55,260 nt of DNA from an uncultured bacterium (GCA_964635255.1 CAZWOY010000001.1:1-55260), one strand, 5' to 3'. Counted from the first letter of the stretch, positions 40,401 through 48,388 are shown. Notes: generated by a model from the sequence alone, not told the origin. A program made the numbers and translations.

Positions 40401-43375
40401 GATTCGCGGCTCAATTTTACGGCGAAGAATTCGAAGAAATAACCGTTTCTTCAAATGGCTTCGTCGTATTCGGCGATCACGAACTGATGGTCAACTTTCA
40501 AAACTGGCCGCTGGACAGGGGCATCGGCGGCTTAGGAATGGCGGCTCCGTTCTGGGATTGGCTCCGATTTGGCGATAATTCCGCTATTATCGCCATTCAC
40601 GACGAAGAAAACTTCCGGTTTATCGTGGAATGGTACAGATTGAGGCATATCGAGGGAGACGACGTCGATCAAACCTTCCAATTAATCATTAAAGATCCCG
40701 AGGTGTGGCAAAACGAGACCGGCGACTCGGATATTATTTTCCAATATCAGAGCGTTACCAACATTCGCGGTCCTGAGGACGGCAGAGCGCCCCGAGAGCG
40801 CAATAATTACTACGCTTCGGCCGGCATATCCAGTCCCGACGGCGCGACCGGCATTAATTATACCTTTAACGACCAGTATCCTGTTTCATCCGCCGTGATC
40901 GAACCGGAACGGGCGATACTATTTACTACTCAAGTCAGGATGGAACGCGCGCGCGTGTTCGGGTCAGTCATCGACGCCGAAAACGAGCAGCCGATAGAAG
41001 GCGCCGCGTTAACGACCAATTACGGCTTTGTCGCCCATACGAACGCTGATGGCGTCTATTCCATGCCGGAAGCCATCGCCGGCATGGAATTTTCGTTAAC
41101 CGCAAGACGCCGAGGCTATAACGACTCCACATTAACGGAATTAATCGTCCGTGAGGACGAGGAATTGCGGGTCGATTTCGCGCTGCTTCATCCGGAGTTT
41201 ACGCCCACTCATGACCGGCTCGGCGCTGTTTTAAATGTCGATGAAGAGATCGATCTGGAGTTTGGCGTTGAAAACACCGGAAACGGAACCTTAGATTGGC
41301 GCGTGCGGCGGGAGCTGCGCGGCGAAGCCAACGCCGATCCGTGGGAAATAAGAAGACAGTACAATGTTGGCGAAGTCACGGACGACAGCCGCATTCAAGG
41401 CGTTGTTTACGCGAACGGTTTATTTTATGTCGCCGGCGCCAACGATCATAATCCAATGATTTATATCTTCAACGGCGAAGGCGAATTAATCGATCAATTC
41501 GCACAGCCGGGCGACGACCGCTACGGCTTCCGCGACCTCGCCTGGGACGGCGAATGGATCTGGGGATCGGGAGACGACATTATTTATGCGCTCACCCCGG
41601 AAGGCGAAGTAATGCGCCAATTTGAAGGTCCCTACAATCCCAATAATAATGCAGCATGGGATCCGGATCGGGAAGTTTTGTGGGCGTCCTCCACAACTTC
41701 CAATATATCCGCCCTCGACCGCGAAGGAAACGTCATTTCCGAACTGGATAGAATGGACTTCCGTATTTACGGGCTTGCCTATTACCCGGAAGATCCGGAT
41801 GGTTATTCTCTGTACATTTTCCACAAGAATAGAGACATAGCTGAACAGATCATCCACAAGATGAATCCGGAAAACAACGACACTATGTTCGTAACCACGC
41901 TTGAACCGCCCGGCGGCGGATCGCCGATAGGAGCCTTTATTACCAATCAGTTCGACGTTTACAGCTATGTATTTGCAGCGGCGACCAATCGTGCAAGCGA
42001 TGATCGACTCGACCTTTGGCAGATCGAAGCCCGCAAAGAATGGATGGCCGTCGAACCGGCGGAAGGTACGATCGAGGCCGGAGATACTCAGGATTTCGAC
42101 GTAACTCTCAGCTCCGAAGATTTCCCGCCGGTCGAATTAGCCGGCGACCTGGTATTCACGCACAATGCCGCCGGTGGCGAAACGCGCGTCGAACTGCGGC
42201 TTGATATTCGCAACGAAGGAGCGGCGCCACAACTCAGAGAATTAAATATCAGAAACGGCTGGAGTTTGATTTCCCTGAATGTAACGCCGGAAGATAACGA
42301 TATCAGGGCGATATTGCAGCCGCTGGTTGAGGCAGGCGTATTAGAGCTTTTGAAGGACGGCGAAGGCCGATTTTATCTGCCGGAGCATGACTTCTGCAAC
42401 ATTCCGGAATGGGATGTTCAGGATGGCTATCAAATTAAGCTTTCCGAACCGTTCGTCTGGGAAGTGGAAGGAATTCCCGTTAATCCGGACGAAGCGCTGC
42501 AATTGAACGAAGGCTGGAACCTGAAATCCTACTACCCGCGCGAGCCGGTCGATGCTGTTACCGCACTCTCGAACATCCGGGAGGAGTTGATTATCGTCAA
42601 AGACTGGGTGGGACAGTTCTATCAGCCGCAGTTTAATTTCTGCAACATGGATTGGATGGTCGAGCTGCAGGGCTATCTGATCAACGTACGCGAAGACGTC
42701 GAACTGATCTACAACGTCGAAGACAATCGCGGTCAATTGGCTGTGAATAATCCGCCTGACTTAGATCCGGCGGAGAAGCGCTACTCAAGAGTAACGCCGA
42801 CCGGTTCGAATATGAGCTTGCTGCTGAATGGTGCTGCGAGCCTGAACGGCTGGGAGGCTGCCGCATTCTCGCCCGACGGCGGGATTGCCGGAGCCGGTTC
42901 ATTCGATGCGTCTGGTCGCTGCGGAATGGCTGTCTGGGGCGATGATCCGACCACAGATAAGCGCGACGGACTGCGCAGAGGCGAATCGTTCGCAATTAAA
43001 GTCTGGAATGGCCGGCATGAATTTCCGGCTGAGGTCAAACTGAAATCGGGCGAGTTAGTATATACCGCCGACGCCTTCGCGACAGGCGATCTCAAAGTAA
43101 ACGCGATTCCGACCGAGTTCGCCATAACCGGAATTTACCCTAATCCTTTCAACGCCGTAACCCGTTTAAGTTTCGCAATCCCAGAGGCGGGAAAGACCGT
43201 CGTTTCCATTTACGACATAGCAGGACGCAAAACAGCCGGTTTAATCGACGGCGACCTGAAAGCCGGCTATCACGCCATAACCTGGAACGCAGCAAACATT
43301 GCATCGGGAATGTACTTAGCGCGCGTTGGCTGGAATGGAAAGATAAAGATGGCAAAGGTTATAGTGATCAAGTAA
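37424..43375 (+). CDS. giant secreted multi-domain protein: peptidase-C25 (gingipain)-like domain, CarboxypepD_reg-like and beta-propeller-like regions, and a C-terminal T9SS/FlgD-Ig-type sorting domain
   Basis: Signal peptide MNVKISTIFVVLFLFSCAFSA. C25-like block (HYLVVTHESCLEYAAPFIEWRRKSGYKV; ADYEFACLEGNDNFPEAGFARLP). C-terminal YPNPFNAVTRLSFAIPEAGKTVVSIYDIAGRK...GMYLARV....KVIVIK. Confidence 0.75.
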   Translation: MNVKISTIFVVLFLFSCAFSAELKFDDAKDLKLNRTQSSISLEFDLSGFSDAIAFGENDNTALVDPGQGILLAPGKPILPALHKFIIVPPDKGLEMQVTTGQARRIHTDAEPVLFETAEAADMQPFADEENDGLFPPITAKMSDPVVIRGVRVVKITTYPVQYDAENNDYIFHGHISTNVRFTEDEPVNPVRNPVRRNRSREFLKYIDALTVNGDQIRRDDLDDVQAHVGHYLVVTHESCLEYAAPFIEWRRKSGYKVDILSFNQNDAMNPNTVKNEIQDLYDFYLDEGMDPFDQILLIGDREVYDNFGNGNWILSSFRGNPIWGPTNHADYEFACLEGNDNFPEAGFARLPTGSIDLMELAVNRTLAYEAEPYMEETEWFTMGAVYSQHWGLNVNSAWHVSINTNVRWGNQVLRRRGFDDIAFFEDFDYDRNGVRIGEWFTDIFNEGRNVLIGRAQLWNWQHNFNGVNNNVVFPINITTNGIGDWAGNHMFRTGDGNNLKGPVALTFSYGDTPTIPMSCVWMEMVNGTLLKDLTFGWGRVLGITALERYVENFQYQGQWVYNHVKTDIEAFGDPGIQPWIGVPRIIETEIPEFATPQTRSLAIRVFDPENEEPVAGAQVTMYCPGDMPDFDDDAYAEYDEMIMETTTTGEDGIARVAFDEDVEFEAGTDLFITVTGRDILPHFDEIEIEIPDLAVDVGGYELSETEGNGDDIVNPGESFTIEIFALNTGDEEVVEDLRAVVSCASPWIEVEENEIEFGDIDPGEDALGEPAAAFNASVRCPDGLSRQITIPTILIEFTSGDRTWTSAVKLDPLAPKLTVREAGNDFSVPLGESELEIVLENTGRMDLPETDARLESLSRGIGLIEAETNYPEIEVNEQAGPAGENFQIITTIDAIPGASADLALILTTEAGFVDTAYFSVQMGNSAENEPHPPDKYGYCCFDDTDEEWEAAPDYEWIEINPDEENPDFDGEILDFEGESNMDIGEAVVVELGFAAQFYGEEFEEITVSSNGFVVFGDHELMVNFQNWPLDRGIGGLGMAAPFWDWLRFGDNSAIIAIHDEENFRFIVEWYRLRHIEGDDVDQTFQLIIKDPEVWQNETGDSDIIFQYQSVTNIRGPEDGRAPRERNNYYASAGISSPDGATGINYTFNDQYPVSSAVIEPERAILFTTQVRMERARVFGSVIDAENEQPIEGAALTTNYGFVAHTNADGVYSMPEAIAGMEFSLTARRRGYNDSTLTELIVREDEELRVDFALLHPEFTPTHDRLGAVLNVDEEIDLEFGVENTGNGTLDWRVRRELRGEANADPWEIRRQYNVGEVTDDSRIQGVVYANGLFYVAGANDHNPMIYIFNGEGELIDQFAQPGDDRYGFRDLAWDGEWIWGSGDDIIYALTPEGEVMRQFEGPYNPNNNAAWDPDREVLWASSTTSNISALDREGNVISELDRMDFRIYGLAYYPEDPDGYSLYIFHKNRDIAEQIIHKMNPENNDTMFVTTLEPPGGGSPIGAFITNQFDVYSYVFAAATNRASDDRLDLWQIEARKEWMAVEPAEGTIEAGDTQDFDVTLSSEDFPPVELAGDLVFTHNAAGGETRVELRLDIRNEGAAPQLRELNIRNGWSLISLNVTPEDNDIRAILQPLVEAGVLELLKDGEGRFYLPEHDFCNIPEWDVQDGYQIKLSEPFVWEVEGIPVNPDEALQLNEGWNLKSYYPREPVDAVTALSNIREELIIVKDWVGQFYQPQFNFCNMDWMVELQGYLINVREDVELIYNVEDNRGQLAVNNPPDLDPAEKRYSRVTPTGSNMSLLLNGAASLNGWEAAAFSPDGGIAGAGSFDASGRCGMAVWGDDPTTDKRDGLRRGESFAIKVWNGRHEFPAEVKLKSGELVYTADAFATGDLKVNAIPTEFAITGIYPNPFNAVTRLSFAIPEAGKTVVSIYDIAGRKTAGLIDGDLKAGYHAITWNAANIASGMYLARVGWNGKIKMAKVIVIK

Positions 43376-43419
43376 TCAGCCGCGTCAACATTCCGACCGG
43401 GGGCGTTTAGTCTAAATTT

Positions 43420-43598
43420 GGAGCGCCCGCTTCAGCGTAGAGAAGCGGGCGCTCCAAAAATATGTGAGTGCCTGCCGCGTGTCCCCACGTGGCAGATAAG
43501 TGTTGTTAAAAGAAACAACGCTTATACCGTCAGGTGAGGACGCCTGACGGTCACTCCAAAAATATGTTTATGCGTTCCCACGCTGGAACATGGGAACG
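43420..43598. repeat. cluster of four REP-like hairpins joined by conserved linkers (CTCCAAAAATATGT)
   Basis: Hairpins at 43420-43455 (GGAGCGCCCGCTTC/GAAGCGGGCGCTCC), 43472-43495, 43527-43550 (CCGTCAGGTG-AGGA-CGCCTGACGG) and 43573-43598 (CGTTCCCA/TGGGAACG). The linker is repeated at 43452 and 43552. Confidence 0.85.
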
Positions 43599-43636
43599 AG
43601 TTCGAAATTCATCCGTCGCATCCATGTTATCCGTTT

Positions 43637-43684
43637 AACAATTTAACAATTTAACAATTTAGCAATTTAACAATTTAACAATTT
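43637..43684. repeat. tandem 8-bp repeat (AACAATTT) x6
   Basis: Six contiguous units, one of them AGCAATTT. The array ends 2 nt from the stop codon of the minus-strand gene 43686-44717. Confidence 0.9.
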
Positions 43685-43685
43685 A

Positions 43686-44717
43686 CTAAACCTCCCCCAA
43701 CCACCCCGGCGTCCCTTCAGCCCTATACTTCCCAAACAAAACCGGATAAACCCACAGCAGCAAAACCCTCGCCCAGTGCGACTTCGCCGCCAAGCTTGAT
43801 CCTAAGTTGTGATACCAGCTATCCGGCTGGGTCCAGGGGCAGCTTCCGATGCACATTCCGCAGTCCGTGCCGATTTTGTTCCAGAAGCTGATGCACTTCA
43901 CAGCGTCTAACTGCCATTTATCGACGCCCCGAACCGGCGTCTTGCCGCCTTTGGGTATCGCGCCCGACGGGCAGGCTTCGGCGCAAAGCCTGCACATCTC
44001 GCAGAAATCCTGAACGCCGATATCTATCGGACGGTCGCAGGCTGCCGGCAGGTCAGTGGTTACCGTCGCCAACCGGAGGCAGTTGCCAAACTCTTTCGTC
44101 AATAAGAATCCGCAGCGCGCCAGCTCGCCCATGCCCGCCTCGACGGCAAGCGGAACCGGCAGAACCTGGTAGTTTCTGAAATGATGCGCCCGCGCCGGAT
44201 AGCCTAACGAACGGATATAATCGGCTAAAACTACCGATATAACGGCGCTCTTCAGGTAAACCGAACCGGTCTCGATCATCTCGCTGTAACGGGGTCCCGT
44301 ATAAATTCGCTTTGGATCCATCGCAAAACCTAACGAAATCGCATACTTATGACTGATTTCGACAGGCTTGCCCCAAGGTTCGGACTCGTACTTGATCCTG
44401 CCGTGGCGGCTGTAAGCGTAGGCTGGATGCATTTCGGAAAAATTAACCAGATCGGCGCCTAACCATCCGGCGTAGTTCTTAATCTTCTCAGCGGCGCGTT
44501 CGGGCGTGATTTTAACGGTTTTCTCCGCAGGCTTGCCTTCGACGACGTCCGGCGCGCCGAGACGATACATCAGCTTAGCCGGCGAGAAAAACATCGCCTG
44601 GTCGGCTTCATGCATCGACGACCCCGGTCCGGGCAGCGACCTTATGTAATCGTCGATCTCTTTCAGCTCGGGATGCAGCCCGTAATACTCGTCGAACTGC
44701 CGCATCCCCGGATGCAA
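43686..44717 (-). CDS. reductive-dehalogenase / epoxyqueuosine-reductase (QueG) superfamily 2x[4Fe-4S] protein
   Basis: C-terminal FCEMCRLCAEACPSGAI and CGMCIGSCPW ferredoxin motifs. The preceding region is RdhA-like. TTG start. No twin-arginine signal. Confidence 0.55.
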   Translation of the reverse strand: MHPGMRQFDEYYGLHPELKEIDDYIRSLPGPGSSMHEADQAMFFSPAKLMYRLGAPDVVEGKPAEKTVKITPERAAEKIKNYAGWLGADLVNFSEMHPAYAYSRHGRIKYESEPWGKPVEISHKYAISLGFAMDPKRIYTGPRYSEMIETGSVYLKSAVISVVLADYIRSLGYPARAHHFRNYQVLPVPLAVEAGMGELARCGFLLTKEFGNCLRLATVTTDLPAACDRPIDIGVQDFCEMCRLCAEACPSGAIPKGGKTPVRGVDKWQLDAVKCISFWNKIGTDCGMCIGSCPWTQPDSWYHNLGSSLAAKSHWARVLLLWVYPVLFGKYRAEGTPGWLGEV

Positions 44718-44914
44718 CTCTTCCCGCGCGAAAACAGTGTCGCGCTCGTCGAAACGCTCTGCAGGCTTGGGAATTATAATGCGATTTCCTTTTGAATTTG
44801 TCTTGGTTTTTCCTTAATATTATGTAAGGTTTTTCAGGCTTTTGCGCAAGCGAGCTTCAACGCGGAACTAACAAACCTTCTAAATCCGTTCGAAACCGCG
44901 GGTTACATTTCGTT

Positions 44915-44963
44915 GGAGTACACGCTTTAGCGTGGGAATATTGCACGCTAAAGCGTGTACTCC
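44915..44963. repeat. REPIN-like long hairpin (family B, CGCT-NN-AGCG core)
   Basis: GGAGTACACGCTTTAGCGTG-GGAATATTG-CACGCTAAAGCGTGTACTCC, a 20-bp stem. Each arm is itself a small palindrome. Confidence 0.9.
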
Positions 44964-45038
44964 AGCATTATTATCCAAACGCAGTCAAAAAAACCAAACC
45001 CATACCCAAAATCCTTCATATCGTTCATTTCATTCATC
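44951..45038. repeat. 88-bp direct repeat, copy 1 (downstream of the DUF5615/DUF433 pair)
   Basis: Aligns with 45867-45954 with about 11 mismatches and no gaps. Contains three tandem 9-mers (CCTTCATAT CGTTCATTT CATTCATCT). Confidence 0.85.
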
Positions 45039-45089
45039 TCTGCCACAACTACTTGCGCCAAATGGTCGGAGTATATTTTATATTCGGAC

Positions 45090-45440
45090 TTATATTCGTC
45101 TGATTCTGATCAAATCCACTGTAACAACCGTGAAATAGCCTTTTATTTTATTAGAATGTTTTTTCAAAGCGGCGCTTACTATTTCTGCCTGCTTTACTGC
45201 CGGTATTCCGGCTAAACGTAATAAAACGACGCCCTGACTCATTTTTCGCTGCCTAAACACAAGTTCGCCGAAATCTTTATCGCTTGTTATAAGTGCGGCT
45301 GGAATTGAATTAGCTAAATCCAAAACCTTAGAGTCAGGCAGTGATGGAGCTTGTTCTGCAATGTATATGACTTCGAAACCTTCCTGCCTGAGATGTTCGA
45401 CAACCGGTTTATCGATGCATTCGTCCGCAATAAATTCCAT
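45090..45440 (-). CDS. DUF5615-family (PIN-like/Mut7-C-like) putative toxin
   Basis: 116 aa. MEFIADECID...EGFEV....E.....D..VL..A......LITSDKDFGELVF is the characteristic DUF5615 pattern. Its start overlaps the stop of the upstream DUF433 gene. Confidence 0.7.
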   Translation of the reverse strand: MEFIADECIDKPVVEHLRQEGFEVIYIAEQAPSLPDSKVLDLANSIPAALITSDKDFGELVFRQRKMSQGVVLLRLAGIPAVKQAEIVSAALKKHSNKIKGYFTVVTVDLIRIRRI

Positions 45441-45748
45441 CAGACTAATTCCGCTGTCGGATATACAACGTCAGCTTTCAACGCCTCCGCTGCAAACTCC
45501 AACGCAGCCTGAATCGCTTCCTGTGTGAGCCGTGGATGAGCCGCAAGGATTTGCTGCATCGACTCGCCGGCGGCTAATTTTTCCAAAATCAACTCGACAG
45601 TGATCCGCGTACCGGCAACGACGGGTTTTCCCATCATTATCGCCGGATCGGAAACAATCAGTTTTTGTGAATTCATTACTATGTCCTTGTTTTCCCCCGG
45701 GGTGTTTTTGCTTATCAGGAAATCGAATAGCGCATTTTTTTTCTTCAT
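45440..45748 (-). CDS. DUF433-family putative antitoxin (the true start is probably the Met at 45676)
   Basis: DPAIMMGKPVVAGTRITVELILEKLAAGES..QIL.AHP.LT.EAIQAAL is the typical DUF433 core. The first 24 codons of the ORF are doubtful. Confidence 0.7.
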   Translation of the reverse strand: MKKKNALFDFLISKNTPGENKDIVMNSQKLIVSDPAIMMGKPVVAGTRITVELILEKLAAGESMQQILAAHPRLTQEAIQAALEFAAEALKADVVYPTAELV

Positions 45749-45866
45749 ACTCTATTATAACCGCCTTTATCCAGTAAAACAAGATATTTTCAGAATTCAT
45801 TTTGAGTATTCAATCGTCCGCCATAAAAGTGCAATATATTTTTATGAGTAAGACGGCGGCGCTCTG

Positions 45867-45954
45867 AAGCGTGTACTCCAACGTTATTTCCCAAACGCAA
45901 TCAAAAAAACCAAACCCCTACCCAAAATCGTTCACATCGTTCACATTATTCATC
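45867..45954. repeat. 88-bp direct repeat, copy 2 (upstream of the DUF433/DUF5615 pair)
   Basis: See copy 1. It begins with only the right arm of a family-B hairpin (GAAGCGTGTACTCC) and contains the tandem CGTTCACAT x2. Confidence 0.85.
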
Positions 45955-46058
45955 AATTTTCGTTTCATTGCTCCATAATTTGCGGTTCTGAAATTTATAA
46001 AACGGAAGACGAATCGGTCGGGAATTTCCGACCGAATATTGACGTTGAACGAGAGTTT

Positions 46059-46124
46059 CCGAACAGGAGTGTTCGGGCTGCTTTCGAGAAAAGATTGTCT
46101 CCGAACAAGAGTGTTCGGGCTACT
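46059..46124. repeat. two direct copies of the family-A hairpin element (CCGAACARGAGTGTTCGGGCTRCT)
   Basis: Copies at 46059-46082 and 46101-46124. The second overlaps the uvrD stop codon (46120-46122), the same geometry as at 30440-30463. Confidence 0.85.
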
Positions 46125-48333
46125 TGACGGGTTTTAGTCGCGCGTAGCGCAGCACCAGCGTTTTCTCGCCGAAGTTGTCGAAATCTACCCGCAGGCGGCT
46201 GTCTAAGCCCATTTTCTGGAAACCGGTTATGACGCCTAAACCGAATTTGGCGTGGCTGACAAGGGCGCCCGTTCGCAGATCGTCCGGCGTCAACTCGAGG
46301 GAGGGTTTGCTCTCATAATCGTTTGACTTTCGCGAACTGTAACCGGAATTGCTGTATTTGGAAGCAAACAGCCTCTCGCTCGACGCCCGGCGTTTTGTTT
46401 TTTTCGGCTTCGTTTTGAACAACTCGACCGGTATCTCCTGCAGGAACCTCGACGGTCCGTTCCAGGTTGTGTTTCCCCAGCGCAGCCGGTTGAGCGCATA
46501 ACTTAGGTACAGCCGGTCCATCGCCCGCGTTACGCCTACGTAAAACAGGCGGCGTTCCTCCTGAACGTCCTCGCGCGAACCGTCCGGCGGCTTCAGCGGC
46601 AGCAAGCCCTCTTCCAAGCCTCCGATAAACACAACCGGAAATTCCAGCCCCTTGGCGCTGTGCAGAGTCAGCAAATTTACCTTATCGGCAGACCGGTCGA
46701 TATCGTCCGCATCGGCGACGAGCGCGACCTCTTCCAGGAAGTCATGCAGACCGGAATCGGGATTTTCTTCGGAGAATCGCTCGATTTCAGCCAGTAAGCT
46801 GTGAACGTTGCCGACTTTGGACTCGGCTTTCGATGGGTCGGCTTTTTCCTCTTCCAACAGCCGCTCCCTGATATTCGTCTTGTTCACAACTTCGACCGCT
46901 AAAATCGGAAACGGTTCGGTTTTGGCGCTGGTTCTGAATTGTTCCATCAATTCGATAAAGCCTGACAGGGCTTTCCGCTGTCTTGCCGTGATGTTGGAAC
47001 CGCCTAAAGTGTGAGCGATCGCCTGGCTGATCGAAATGTCCTGAGCGCGAGCTTTTGCCTGAATATCCGTCAACAGCCCCTTCCCTATCCCGCGCGGCGG
47101 GTAGTTTATAATGCGCAGCAGGCTGACGTCGTCCGCCGGATTGAGAACCAGCCGCAAGTAGGCGATTACGTCCTTAACCTCCTTGCGCTCGTAGAATTTT
47201 AACCCGCCGACCACATGATAAGGGATTTGACCGCTTCTGAGCGCGCGTTCGAACGGCAGCGACTGGGCGTTTGTGCGGTAGAGTATCGCCATTTTATTAA
47301 ACGGGATACTGGATTTCTTATGCAGGTCGTCGATCACGCCGACAAACCGCAGCGCTTCTTCCTCGTCGTCCTGAGTTTCCACCAGATCGATCAGTTCGCC
47401 TTTATCCCGTTCCGTCCACAATTTTTTGGGATGCCGTTTTTTATTATGGTGAATTACCGCCCAGGCGGTATCGAGAATCGGGCGCGTCGAACGGTAGTTC
47501 TGTTCGAGTTTTATGACCTCCGCTTCAGGCCAGTCGCGGCGAAAGTCGAGAATATTCTGAACGGTCGCCCCCCGCCAGCCGTATATCGCCTGATCGTCGT
47601 CTCCGACAACGCAGATGTTGCGATGCGCGAGGGCTATCTCGCGGACGAGGATATACTGGGCGTAGTTGGTGTCCTGGTATTCATCGACCATAACGTAGCG
47701 GAACCGGTTCTGCAGCCGGTTCAGGAAATCGGGATACTTTTCAAACGCCTCGATCGGCCGGATCAAAAGGTCGTCGAAATCGAGTCCGTTCATTTTCCGC
47801 AGCCGCCGGTCGTAAACCTCGTACACCTGGGCTGCCGTTTTTTCCAAAGGCGTCTTAGCCCGCGCCGCATAGTCGCCAGGCAGGATGAGGTTGTTTTTCG
47901 CGCCGCTGATCCGCCAATGGATCGGCGCCGGTTTGGCGAAATCGCCGGTGATGTGCTGTTCCTTTATGATCGCCTTGATCAACCGCCGCTGGTCGTCCGC
48001 ATCGACGATGGTAAAGTTCGGATCGACGTCGATGTTTCTGCCTTCCTGCCGCATGAGGCGCGCAAAAATCGAGTGAAAAGTGCCCGCCGCGATCAAAGCT
48101 CCCTTTTCCCCGACCATTTGCATCGACCGATATTTCAGTTCGGAAGCGGCTTTGTTTGTAAAAGTCAAGGCTAAAATCTGATACGGACGCGCCAGTCCTT
48201 CCTTTATCAAGTGCGCGCACCGGGCGACGAGAACGCGGGTTTTCCCCGATCCGGCGCCGGCTAAGATCAGCAGCGGACCTTCATTGTGTTCGACGGCTTT
48301 ACGCTGCTGCGGATTTAAATCGATTGCTGCCAA
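46120..48333 (-). CDS. uvrD: UvrD/PcrA/Rep-family ATP-dependent DNA helicase
   Basis: Walker A AGAGSGKT, DEYQDTN, the motif III/IV region, VTRA and a LHSAKGLEF-type motif. Confidence 0.9.
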   Translation of the reverse strand: MAAIDLNPQQRKAVEHNEGPLLILAGAGSGKTRVLVARCAHLIKEGLARPYQILALTFTNKAASELKYRSMQMVGEKGALIAAGTFHSIFARLMRQEGRNIDVDPNFTIVDADDQRRLIKAIIKEQHITGDFAKPAPIHWRISGAKNNLILPGDYAARAKTPLEKTAAQVYEVYDRRLRKMNGLDFDDLLIRPIEAFEKYPDFLNRLQNRFRYVMVDEYQDTNYAQYILVREIALAHRNICVVGDDDQAIYGWRGATVQNILDFRRDWPEAEVIKLEQNYRSTRPILDTAWAVIHHNKKRHPKKLWTERDKGELIDLVETQDDEEEALRFVGVIDDLHKKSSIPFNKMAILYRTNAQSLPFERALRSGQIPYHVVGGLKFYERKEVKDVIAYLRLVLNPADDVSLLRIINYPPRGIGKGLLTDIQAKARAQDISISQAIAHTLGGSNITARQRKALSGFIELMEQFRTSAKTEPFPILAVEVVNKTNIRERLLEEEKADPSKAESKVGNVHSLLAEIERFSEENPDSGLHDFLEEVALVADADDIDRSADKVNLLTLHSAKGLEFPVVFIGGLEEGLLPLKPPDGSREDVQEERRLFYVGVTRAMDRLYLSYALNRLRWGNTTWNGPSRFLQEIPVELFKTKPKKTKRRASSERLFASKYSNSGYSSRKSNDYESKPSLELTPDDLRTGALVSHAKFGLGVITGFQKMGLDSRLRVDFDNFGEKTLVLRYARLKPVK

Positions 48334-48388
48334 GTAACGCTATGCTCCTAAACCAAATCTGGGTAAACCAGAATCCAAAAGACTGGTA

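Noticed and set aside
43686-44717. Calling the RdhA-like gene an organohalide-respiration reductive dehalogenase
   Set aside because: It has no TAT leader, no adjacent rdhB anchor or rdh regulators, and is about 100-150 aa shorter than respiratory RdhA. Only superfamily membership is supportable.
45471-45800. 109-aa minus-strand ORF overlapping the DUF433 gene in another frame
   Set aside because: The overlapping frame with the recognisable DUF433 core is clearly the real one. This ORF is Arg/Gly/Cys-rich with no motif.
47215-48174. 319-aa plus-strand ORF opposite uvrD
   Set aside because: It is antisense to a helicase gene that has all canonical motifs. Its Arg/Val/Phe-rich composition is typical of reverse-frame translation of GC-rich coding DNA.
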